A DNA stretch of 64,000 nucleotides from Neoconidiobolus thromboides FSU 785 (Eukaryota > Fungi > Entomophthoromycota). The notes beneath the pieces are model-generated. The model ran no database searches. It was not told the DNA's origin and saw nothing but the letters and a program-made list of their open reading frames with translations. The position numbers and the translations under genes were made by a program. The DNA is taken from positions 4,276-68,275 of the forward strand of contig MU626371.1 of assembly GCA_025603075.1 (NCBI GenBank), given 5' to 3'. Shown here piece after piece: positions 52,564 to 64,000 of the stretch (the first letter of the stretch is position 1; each line of letters starts with the position of its first letter).

Positions 52564-55500
52564 TTAAAACCCACCTTCAAGGTTGGTTATTGGGGTGCCA
52601 ACTTTAGTGGCTAATACGGCTGGTTCAGTGGATGGTAATGGTTGGATATCGTAAGTTAAAACCATATCGCCACCTGATTTCCATAAATGATAACGAACTG
52701 TAGCTAAAGTCATGGTTAAAGAAACAGGCTAATAATTTTATGTTAATATTCATATATAAAAACACGATAAATTATATTACCTGTCCGTTACAACTCAATA
52801 CGATCCAATTTTCTGGTATAAATGGTGGTAATGTTGAAGGTAAAGGAGCTTTTATCTTATCTGTTGTAGTAGTAGTAGTTGGTGTTGAATTACTGTTAAC
52901 TTCCGATTTGACTTGATTTTGTCGATTAAGTAATAAATTATGCAAAATATCTGGCGTAAAGTTGAGTTTGTCCCAAATATACCCAACCAACTTTTTACAT
53001 CTTAATGTTCTACTTGCTAATAATCGTGAGGAGCTAAAACATATATTAATACATTGTTAAAATAACTATAGAAGTTGTTACGATGAAGGCAAAGAAGATA
53101 ACCCAGAAGACTCTTGTGGTTTAAGTAAAAACGCTATTTTTACTGGTTCTTTAAATGGGATTGAATCCTAAATAAAGCAATATTAATTGTTTTATATATT
53201 CTATGATTTTTAAATTACTTACATTAATTAAGCAATTTTTAATCCAACTTGGTATATTCTTCGTGAGTAAAGGATAATCTTGTATTTGATTACCTAAGGA
53301 ACCTGAGAATACATCGATACATCTAGAAACGTCATGAGATTCTTCAGAAAGGAGTAGGTTGATATGTGGGGGTAAATCAAGTGGTGGTATCTTGGTTAAA
53401 TTTGGTTCATTAAGAGAAGGTGACTTTGTAGAATTAACATTAGTTTGTGGTACTGTGTCTTTGGGTGGTGGTGGTATTGGATTTTCTGAGCTTGTTTTAG
53501 GTTGAGATTCTTCTGGAATTGGTGCATTATTTTGATTTGTTTCAGTTGATGGAGAGGAGGAGGAAGAGTTATTAGGTTTTTCAGGAGTAGTTGGACTGAT
53601 AGGAGTAAACTTACTGTTATGTGGGCTTAAAGTTGGATTTAACATATCGTTTATTGGTCGTGTACTTCCTTGTGAGAAATTATCGGTTGAGCTTAAATTT
53701 AATGCTTTTGGTGGATCTGGAGAACGGTTTAATTTCTTTTGTGAAAATTGACGCAAACGCCCCATAAAGCTTGAAGACGAAGAAAGGGCAGGTGGTGGGG
53801 GATTGATAGATTGATTTCCACCTGGCGAGGTTGGAGTAGAAACTGGTTGACTTAGAGTGTTTTCATTTTGATAGGAATACTGACTATTATTATTAGTTGG
53901 ACTTTGAGATTTATCTGATAGATTATTTGTTGTATAAGATCTCGCTATCATAGCTGGGGGCGAAGGTATTTTATCAGGGTTATAATTAAAATACCCTTGA
54001 CCATCCATTCCAGTTTTAGAAGTAAGTATAGAGCCTGTACTCATCTTCCGTGGGCCAGCCATTGAAGCTGTTGGTTTAGGTGGTAGATGATGATGATTAG
54101 TTATACTAGATAGTGTAACAGAAAATGGACTTAACGGTGTATCATCCTTAACAATGGAAGTATGAACAGGTTGAGGACAAGTAGGCGAATTAAGAGAGAC
54201 AAGTATTTTATTACTTGTTTCTTCCTTATTCTCATCATCTGTCACTGTATTGTTCGCTTTATTTAATTCTTCTCCTTTTTTTGCTTTTTCTTCAAGTAAA
54301 TCAAGCTGAGCTTTTTCCTCTAAATATTTTTTAGTAAAGGCTTTGAATAAACTTTTAATAACCCATTTCCCTATGTTAATTTGTGTATCTGAAATTATAT
54401 TGGACTCTTTATTTGTAGATTCAATTTTCATATCTTCAATATCATCCCCATAAATCTCAGCATCAAAACATTTGTTTTCATCAAGTCGAACCATAAGTGA
54501 ACCAAGCTTTGTATCAACTGTACACCAGCTCGGTACTGAAATTAAACTGTTAATCTCTTGATACACTTCATCGATATTAGCCTGTCCATAACTTCTAACA
54601 AAGCAGCACTAAAACGGATTAAAATATTGTAAAACAGAAAACAAAAATTACTTTAACGATATCCCAAAGCATGACTTCACCTTTAGAATCCAAAGATAAA
54701 ACTTGAAATCTGTTTGAAAGTATAAAACATTTTGTTAAACCCGTCTTTCCCTTAATGATTTCTAAAGGTTTTAAACGAATTGGAACTAAATTTGATTCGA
54801 ATTCTTCATCCTCAGATGAGTCATTATTATCATTTTGGGCATTTGTTATATTTTCTATAGTCGCTCCATTTGCTAAAGTGTTTGGAAATGTATGCTTTTC
54901 AAAATCAACTAAATTTGTTTCATTCCCATAATTCCCATCAAACTGAGAAATTGAAACTGGATTGATATTGATTAACCCTAGCTGATCCCCAACACCACTA
55001 TCTGAAATAATAGGTTCTTTCTCTTTTACAAGTTCCGTAGGTTCTACATCCTCCCATTTAGAAATCTCGGCGTTGGTAGTTGATGTCCATACACATGAAT
55101 GATCTTTATGTGCAATGATGCTTGTAATCCCCTTTTCTTCTTGACAGATGGTAACTGTATTGCTATCATCATCGTTGTCCAATTCCTCTAAATAATAATG
55201 GTTCCCTTCACTATTTATACCTTTGTTATCATCTGTTATATCCTGTGGTATTAATGTTTTAGTAACCATCCCGTTTCTTGATCCTGCATAAAAATATTTG
55301 AAATCAGGCTCTGCTGAAAACAAAGTCCACACCGGTTCGGTATGCATTGTGTAAGTTTTTATACAGCGCTGGGAGGCCATAGACCACAATTTTATTGTAC
55401 AATCACTAGACCCCGATAAGATCCATCTTCCGTCATCTGACATTAATAATGAACGGACAAGATCAGAATGTCCAGTAAAGTGAGCGATGGTACCAGAATT

Positions 55501-56264
55501 AGGACTCGATCTTGGATCCCAAAGTCGAATCCAGCCATCTGGTGAGCCTGCCGAAACCAGCCTTCCAGTTTGACTGACAGCCAATGAGTAATAAGATGTA
55601 TTCGGCGCTTCAGGATCACATAGTGACAATAAAGAATTAATGTCCATACCTTTATTTTCTATTGTTGACGTTGCTTGGTTTACATCCCAAATATTAATTT
55701 TGCCATCTAAGCCAGCTGAAAATAACCATTCACTTGACTGGACATAGGACAAACATTTTACAAAGTCCTTATGGAATCCAACGGTACTCACCTTGTTTTC
55801 CTGCTGCTCTTTATAGGGTTGCCATAGTTTAACGGTGAGATCCGAAGAGGCAGTAAAAACTAAAGTTTATTAAGAGTGAATTTAGATTTTAATGCAGCCA
55901 AATTATTTTTACCTGACTGTCCATTATGAGCCACAGTAACATCATTTATCCAATCAGAATGGTGTTGGGAAGAAAAATAAGGCTCTGAGTGCTTGTTTAC
56001 CTTAAATCGCTTATTTAGTTCCAGTTGGCTATAAGTTTATATAATTAAAACAAGAATGGTAATTACTTTGGAATCTACTTGAGTATCCACTTTCCAACCA
56101 ACGGTCAATCCATCCCTTCCCCCAGAATATAAAATACCATTCGTTTCATCATAAGCCATTCCATTGACGCCTAAGCAATGTGTTGGACTCTCTTTTTTTA
56201 TTGCTTCATTGGTTACTTCGTTAGGGATAATATACGCTATCGAGTGCTTGGTTGCCCGCTTCAT
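52564..56264 (-). CDS. WDR48: WD-repeat protein WDR48/UAF1 (deubiquitinase activator), multi-exon
   Basis: HCLGVNGMAYD...LYSGGRDG, WD repeats (LFSAGLDG, GHSDLVRSLL, LSGSSDCTIKLW), LMVRLDENKCFDAEIY, C-terminal SUMO-like-domain region. Confidence 0.9.
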
Positions 56265-56832
56265 ATAAAATTGTCTTTAAATTGGAATATTAGATAATGA
56301 AATGAAATGAAATTAAGTTTGGTTGTTCATTTTTTCTTTCAAATTATTTTACCTAAAATTTCAACTTAAATTGTAAAAAATAGACTTTTCGATTTGTCAT
56401 AGTGGCTTATAAAAATAATAGGCTAACATTGCTTATTTTATTCTTGATAAACTATTAGCAGCAAAAAGATAGGAACATAAAACTATGTAATTAATACTTT
56501 TAAAATTGTTTAATACTGTTTGAGCAAAGTAGATATCTTTTTTATGCTACTAAAGTAGTTAAAATAGTAATACTAAATACAAATTATCAACGAAAAACGT
56601 TTATAGAAAGAAAATCACTTGATATTAAACAACTTTAATAAAACAATCTAAAAATAAATCATCAAAATAGAAAAACCATAAAAGGCAGATATGCCCCTAA
56701 GGATGAAAATTAAAGAATAGGTAATAACGAGAAAAATTAAACAAAGAGAACCGCAGATAAAGGTATATACGAGTAAATGTTAAATCATAGTAACTGATAA
56801 TATAAAAATACAAGTTTTCATTTTATAATAAT

Positions 56833-59800
56833 TTAAGCAATTTTACAATCATCAGCTTTCTTTTTCTTTTTTATGATCGCTTTTTGCTTCTCCCATGGTG
56901 TTGTTGAGTTTTGTGGTTGTGACGTATTAGGGCTGGCCATCTTAATTTGGTTAGGAGAAATCGCCCCTTCAGACTGGAAACCTCTTCGATTACTATATTT
57001 CCTTGTATATAATGGCCTGGTCAGTGGTGTTGTCTTTTTTATTGGAGTTTTAGTTAACCCAGTACTAATTTGCGTGATTGGCTATAAAACAATAATTTTT
57101 TAGTGATTTATTGTAATATATTATAGCCTGATATTACCTCACTTCGTGTGTGACATAATGCATTGGCATGCTTTACACATTTTGGATGGCATATTAATCC
57201 GCAATCTAAATTTTGTTTTAACCAAATTTCAAATAATTACTAATGAATATACCGTCACACAACATTGCTTGTTGTTTAATATATTGTCTACAAATTTTAC
57301 ATAGAACAGCTAATAAAATATATTAGTAACAAGATATATTGTTATAAGCTAGTTACCTTTTTCAAAAGTACTTTTAATAAATTGATGCTCTTCATCTTGT
57401 TTAACATAATAGCTTGGAAGCCTTACTAATCCTGTTGATTCTGGTGAAGTGATTAAGGGATTGTCAGCATGAGGATAGCAGGTCCGCCAAAGAGAATCAG
57501 TAATTTGGTTATCCCTTATGCTTTCTTCCAATTTTTTGTCGTTTTCGTTTAAATCTAAGTTGCCAAAATCCTAGTTTAAATTTGATTAATATTTGAAGTA
57601 CTTCTAATAGTAAATCATGTTTACCATTGCCAGCTGTGACTCTATAATCCAATCATGGAAAAATAACTCTTCAGCTGTGGGTCTAGTCACTGGCTCTTTT
57701 TGAAAACATAAAATAAGGAAATTGTGTAGATTCTAAAATTATTAGAAAGAATCAAGAACTAAACAAAAATAATATTACCTCGCTTAAATCGTCTGGGAGT
57801 GGTGGATGATGGTCTTCTACAATACGATATAGAGCAGCCATAGCATTCAATTCTGAATATGGAGGTTTCCCTGTAAGTAATTCAATGATTGTACATCCTA
57901 AACTCCTATAAATAAAGTTAATTAAGTTTTACTTTAATATTGTTTCAAATTACCAAATATCTGAAGCTGTAGAAGCGCCCTGTAAACTAATAACTTCTGG
58001 TGCCACTAAAACAATATTAGAACAAAATAAAAATATATAAGTTGTAAATTACTCCAATTAGGTGTACCAGCCACAATCTCACCATTGTCACTTGATTTTA
58101 TATTTAAATTAAGCGAAACACCAAAATCAGTGAGTTTGACTTTCCCATCCTTTGTTGTTAAAATGTTGGCTGCTTTTAAATCACAATGAACAACCTAAAT
58201 AATTTAATTATCTTTAATATAAAAATTAAATAAAATTACATCTTTAGCATGTAGATATATCAAACCTTCCAAAATTTGTGAAGTATATGAACAAACCAAG
58301 GTAGGTGAAAAAGTTCCATAAGATCTTAAAAGCTGTTGAAGTGATCCATTCTCTACAAACTCTAAAATGATATCCAAGCAAGATTCCGATTGTACATAGC
58401 CCAAATAATTAACTATTCTTACATGTGAAAGCGACTTTAACAGATCTACTTCTCCCATTAAGCTTTCAGCTTCAACTTTACTTCTCCCATCCAAATCAAT
58501 TCTTTTGACTGCTGTTATTTGCCCTGTTTGCATGTTGAGTGCTTTATATACTGACCCAAATTGCCCTTTGCCTAAGCAATCTCCCAATTGGTATTGCGTT
58601 ATTGCTTTACTTGTTGGATTGATTAAAGATATCCTATCATTTCTATATACTTTGTTACCATCGCTTCCTGCCCTTGGTCTATAAATCATACCATCGCTAT
58701 TTTTACTAACTGGCTTTTCACTATGATTACGTGAATGTGATTTTTTTAGTCCGAAGTCACTTTGCAGTAATTGTTTTTGACTTGTAGGATCATTAAATGA
58801 ACGCGGTATGTTTGTTCTTTCTGTTAATTGATTCATAGCAAAATCATTCATGTTTACTATATCCTCCTTTTTAAAAGTAGATTTCATGCTTAAAGATGGA
58901 CTAGATAAAATGGACTCTGCTCTTGATATGAAGCTACCATCATCTAAATCCCAGTCTATAAAATCCAATCGTAAAACATCCCCCCTCGATTCTTTGGTTG
59001 TATTTTTTTTAATTGATAAATCTAAATCTTCAATCAACCCTCCTTTGCCCACTCGGTAATTTTGTGGCTTTCTTACTCTATCTTCAGCTGTCGGAACTGG
59101 GTCATCAAAGTATTCTTTATTTAACGATGGTTCTGAGTATACCCCTGAGTCATCTATTTCATCATTATTTCTATAAAGCTCTTCTTCTTTATATTCAAAT
59201 GAATCATCTTGAGTATATGTTACACTATCTTTAACATCTGATTTTGATTTAAGTTTTAAGTTAAGTGAGCTATCCTCTTTTTTTAATAAGTTAGGCGTAC
59301 TATTTGACTTTTCTTTCTTGTCTTCCAATTTACCTAAATAATTATTTTGAGCTTTTGGATCAAATAAAGGCGGCTTATATACTGGATCAAATAGCTGCCT
59401 TAAATTTTGTATCTTTCCAGTTGGGCTTAAAGGACTGTTAGGCGGTGAATTTTCTTTTTTTTTAAGTTTATCTTTTTGATGTAAAACTTTTGAGTTTGAG
59501 TCTTTCAAAGGTAATAAAGGCAACATAGATTTACGATTATTAGCTTTAGCTATACTAATTTCTTCAAATACAGATTCTTTTCTTGTTTGAATTGGTAACA
59601 TTGACTTCCTTTTTTCTGTTTTATCGAAATGATGAAACCTTGGCTCTTTTTTCCTTAATATAGAAAAGTTATCTAAGGGTGTACTTAATAATTCGCCTGT
59701 TTCATTTTTTTTCACTATTTTATCCTTATCTTGTTTTTTATTGACCAATACCTTTTCTTCAATTATCTCAGGTGATGTTTTTACTGGAGAGGTAACCATT

Positions 59801-60478
59801 GTCTCTTCATCTTCATACGTCGATTCATTTAGTGATAATATCACTTCATTTTTGAAGATGGCTTCGTTTGTAATTGGGCTACTTTTTGAGCCTTTTTCTG
59901 AGTTTCTATTTGAAGAGGATCTGCTAGGGAAGGATACATTGCATAACTTTCTTGCCACTGCTAATATAGTAAGAAACACTCTAGACATATCTTTCCCTTC
60001 ATAAAGGTCTACCGTTTCAAACAAGTCAGAAGCTTCTAAACCTAGTTTAGTAGCAGCATTTAAAAATGCAAATATGTTTGACATCTAATAAAAGTTAGAC
60101 CAAAAAATATATAACAAATTTGTTTACTTGGTTAAACGGCGTCGGGGTTTTACTAATCTGTCTTATTATCCCGGGTTTTATTTGGTTTAATAGTCTAAAA
60201 AATAATCAATATTTTTAACATACTAAAGAAAATTTAGCTTAAACTTACTCACACAACATGATCCCATCCTTTAAAAATAGATGGACATTTCCATCTGGTA
60301 TCGAGTAGCCCAGTAACGACTCCATAAACTCCAAAGCAGCTTTTTGATTACTTAACAGCTGTTCTGCACGATATTGTCTAATCTGTTTCTCAGAATGCCC
60401 TGAATTAAATGAGATTGGCCTATTTCCATTCATCTGTTTACTTGTTATTAGCATTAATTAGTTTAAATTACTCCCCAT
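56833..60478 (-). CDS. Cdc15/SepH-like Ser/Thr kinase with N-terminal CH domain, C-terminal C1 domain and polybasic CaaX tail, multi-exon
   Basis: CH (FLKDGIMLC...[13 protein letters not shown]); kinase ([24 protein letters not shown]); C1 H-x12-C-x2-C-x10-C-x2-C-x4-H-x2-C-x7-C; ends [12 protein letters not shown]-stop. Confidence 0.85.
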
Positions 60479-61852
60479 TCACTAGATCTTTAAAAACTAA
60501 TTAGTTCCTCTTTTTGCTCGTTGTAAATTAACGTGCTTTTTGTTGGCTAATTTTGACTGTGTGCTTATTGGCTATAAACTCCAATTTGAAATGTAACTCA
60601 TTAGTTGAAGTAATGAAATATATTTTCTTTTAGGGGGTTTTAGTTAACTTTATTGGTTGAGTTAAGAATTTTTAGGTGGGAACATTATGTAAATAGCGTA
60701 AAAATTCACGCCTGCTTTGATGGACAATTAAAATACTTTGTATGAAAAGTTACCTAAATTTTGATATAAATAAAGCTTATAGGCAGTTTTTTGAAGAATT
60801 AACTATATCAAATTATAAAGACCATAACTCAGGAGTTTATTGATAAACATATTTAAGGCTATATATGGCTTTAAATATTTTAGGTAAGATATTGCCGTTT
60901 TTTTAGATTACTAATATAAATATGTAAATGTTTCTCTATAAGAATCTAGTTAGTATATTTTAAATTTTAAGCTGCTCAAAAATATTAATGAAACAAAAAA
61001 ATAGCTTACAGATATCATGTAATTGTTTAGGATTTTAACCCTAAGAGTATCTTTCAATCAGAAGTTTTACAAAAAAATAATAATGATTTCTTTCACTGTT
61101 TATATCAGCATATTAAATAAAAACTACTAATACATCACCAGGGTGCAGGCTGATTAAGCTTACACTCCTTATTAAAATGACTATTTATAGCTCGGTTTTA
61201 CGGTTTATTTAACAAAGCAGTGATTATTCTATCATTTATTCATAAGTTATAAATATAGCTAAAAACCAGACTATAGTAAATTATGTTATTAGTAGTTCCA
61301 AAGGTTTATTAAAAGCTGAAATGTCATAAAATGCTGATTATAAGTTGACTTAGATAAAAATATATTATAAAAACAAATAAATCCAATAATTTGTTTTTTA
61401 CTATTCAGCTTTTGATAGCATAATTGTTTGTTTCGTTATAATCAATAAAGTTATAATTGATCTACATTTAAAAACAATGTTTTTTTAAATCCATTAAACT
61501 ATTTGAACTAGTATAATTAGGACTTTGTAATATTGTAACTTATATAACTTTATGCGTATTAGTTTACCTAGTTTTAAAATAAATGAATATAAAAAGTTTT
61601 GTTAAATTCCTGATTATTTTTTTTATGACATTAATACCTTTGAAACTCAATTAAAAATTTTAATTTATTGTTATTAACCTAGTAATTTGGGATACGATTA
61701 ATAACAAATATAATATTATCATAAATAATCCATTTGATCTCTAATGATTTGTTTTGGGTAGTAACGCTTTCATCTTAAATACTATATGCTACAATCAGAC
61801 TACCATCAATATTGCTAATATAAGGAGTACAAAATATTATATAAAATTAGTA

Positions 61853-62056
61853 TATAGGGATGTATTTTTTTGCTTAATAATTACTAACAATTTTTCCACT
61901 CGAATAGTGCTTAAAGAATGGAAAAAGCTATGAAACCAAAAAAAACGGCTCTATGTAGTGATGTATTTATATGTTTGAGAATTTTATTAATTTTTCCGCT
62001 CAAACAGCGCTTAAAAAGTGGAAAAAGTGATGAAGTCAAAAAAAAACACCTATGTA
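61853..62056 (+). mobile_element. Two tandem ~100-bp MITE-like copies (10 and 11: ~61853-61955 and ~61958-62056)
   Basis: Both carry TTTTTCC(A/G)CTC(G/A)AA(T/C)AG(T/C)GCTTAAA.A.TGGAAAAAG. Confidence 0.75.
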
Positions 62057-62862
62057 TCATCTTTACCTTATTTTTAACTGTAACAACTGGATTTTTATAG
62101 GTAAAATTAAAATGTATAACAAATTTCAGGAAATGAAATGATATATATTTGGGGATGTCCATATTGGTTTCAAAATCTATCTAAAAATTAATATAAATTG
62201 AATTTTCAAATTTACATTTTCAACATCTGGTTAGTTAAATTTAAAGAGTCTAAAACTAAATTTTTTATTTAACTTAAAAAATCTATTTTAACTATTTTGT
62301 TTTTTTAGAATTAATTTCTTTATATACTTTATATCATTTTTGTTGAATGTTTAAAATAACCTCACTAAAATTGAACAGAATAGAATATGCGTGTAGTAGT
62401 TACTTTATTTTCTATTAAAATAAAAACAATGCAAGCTTTTATAGCTAAATTTCAAAAGAAAACTTTTAAAGATTTTAATATAATAATAAAAAATAATAAA
62501 ACCAAAAAAACACAAAAATACATCCCCATCTTTATATAATTAAAGTTTATTATTGATAATTATAAATTTAATTAAATAACATATGAAATTAATGTTTTAA
62601 ATAGAAAATAAAAGTAAAAAAATAATACGTAATAAATATCTTGATAGCTTAAAATATAAAGCAGTGTGAAATATCGCCTTTTTAGCTCCATGGTTGATTA
62701 TACCATAATAACCACTTAAGTTGTTGTGTTCTCGAGCTCAGAGACAATCAATGCGATGCTCCTAGTTTGATTTGCCATGAGAATTTTTAACTTTACATCC
62801 CAAAGAATATTATCTTCTCGTTTTGATATCTATACCGTCAGAATATAAAAAAGATTTTAGAG

Positions 62863-62967
62863 TATGGGAGTATTTTTTTTACTTCATTATTTTTTCCGTT
62901 TTTAAGCGCTATTTAAGCGGAAAATTTGTTAGTAAAATTCTTAAACACAAAAATACATCCCCGTATA
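62863..62967 (-). mobile_element. ~105-bp MITE-like element, copy 12
   Basis: Reverse-complement consensus match; abuts the ~1-kb inverted-repeat element. Confidence 0.8.
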
Positions 62968-63956
62968 GTAGCCCGAGGCTTTTCAACTGAATTATTCCCT
63001 GATATCTCGTACATTTAATAAAGCCAATAAATTTTCTTAATAGTATTTTACGTAGATTTTACAGTAATACTGTCTATTATGTTTGTCTTACATAGTCTGT
63101 AGTATATTACGTGCTATTCTTCATAATTCAAGTCTACCTTAGTCACATAAACTAAGACTTCGACTTGTAGCTAGTTAATCAATTAAAAACTGCTTTTAAT
63201 TCCAACTACTGAGCACTACCTTTTACAATGTTTAAAAAAAGTTATAAAATAAATAATAATTTAAAAATCAAGTTTAGTTCTTTCATCAATTATTATTTTT
63301 TAAAATAATTAATAAGCATTTTAAAAAAGAAATACAACAGAAAAATAGTTTAAAGCATCAGATAAAATAAGAATATAAAGAGTGTAATTTTTATTTTATT
63401 TTCTAAATACTACTTAAGCAAAAAAATTGTTAGCAAAGTTTTGAAATAAAGAAATAATAGAATAATAAAGATATAAAGCATTAAAAAGTTTTTATATTTT
63501 AAACACAATAATAAGTTATATCATTATTCAGCATCTAATAAATTAATAAATTAATAAATAATTAAAAACTAAGCAATTTTAATAACAAATAAAAATTATT
63601 ATTATTATCTTATTTATATTATATAAAAATAACTAATTATAATTTGAAGCTTTTTTATGCACCCATTTATTAAACTAATAATATAGGGATGTGAAATCTG
63701 GTACTCAGGGTTTGGAGTCAAGAACAGCTATTGCTGGGTTGACTACACTATAAGTCGAAAGGTCTTAGTTTATGTGACTAAGATAGACTTGGATTATGAG
63801 GAATAGCACGTAATAGGTTACAAGCTATATAAGACAAATAGAATAGACAACACTAATGTAAAATCTACGTAAAATACTATTAAGAAAACTTAGTGGCTTT
63901 ATTAAATGTTCGAGATATCAGGGATTAATTCAGTTAAAAAGCCTCGAACTATTATA
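62964..63956. mobile_element. ~1-kb non-autonomous foldback/TIR-like element with ~210-bp inverted arms
   Basis: 62964-~63175 is an imperfect reverse complement of ~63740-63956 (e.g. CCCTGATATCTCG / CGAGATATCAGGG; TTAGTCACATAAACTAAGAC / GTCTTAGTTTATGTGACTAA); AT-rich non-coding spacer. Confidence 0.8.
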
Positions 63957-64000
63957 CTCTGTAAACTCTTTTATACTCTGAAAAGTATAAGTATCAAAAT

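Noticed and set aside
43731-56845. Functional clustering of RAM2 (prenyltransferase alpha) with the CaaX-ending kinase
   Set aside because: They are ~12 kb apart with unrelated genes between; RAM2 serves many substrates, so proximity is most likely chance.

Overview
Eukaryotic, very AT-rich, intron-rich fungal DNA with many ~40-60 nt introns. It looks like an early-diverging fungus, possibly Entomophthoromycotina (inference only). Blocks of conserved multi-exon housekeeping genes (LYR protein, HAUS1, CGR1-like, NUP84/107, Tim17-family, PPN1, pirin-like, VPS27, UBA protein, SAC-domain protein, RAM2, DNA ligase I, GCN20, Tom6-like, WDR48, Cdc15/SepH-like kinase) alternate with gene-poor repeat-rich spacers. 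The stand-out region is ~24.4-36.2 kb: six intronless, minus-strand, signal-peptide genes around a tRNA-Thr(AGT). Three share an unrecognised ~55-60 aa helical module, one is a small cationic protein, and two are paralogous precursors (signal peptide + acidic pro-piece + Gly/Trp/Arg repeat peptide) that resemble antimicrobial-peptide precursors. Other highlights: a ~105-bp MITE-like element (12 clear copies) carrying an intron-shaped GT...TACTAAC...TAG segment; a CH-kinase-C1-polybasic CaaX kinase; a membrane-anchored pirin lacking two metal ligands; a possible non-AUG mitochondrial extension on DNA ligase I; and two long inverted repeats. All gene models and family calls were made by eye from recalled motifs, with no database searches; exon boundaries are approximate.
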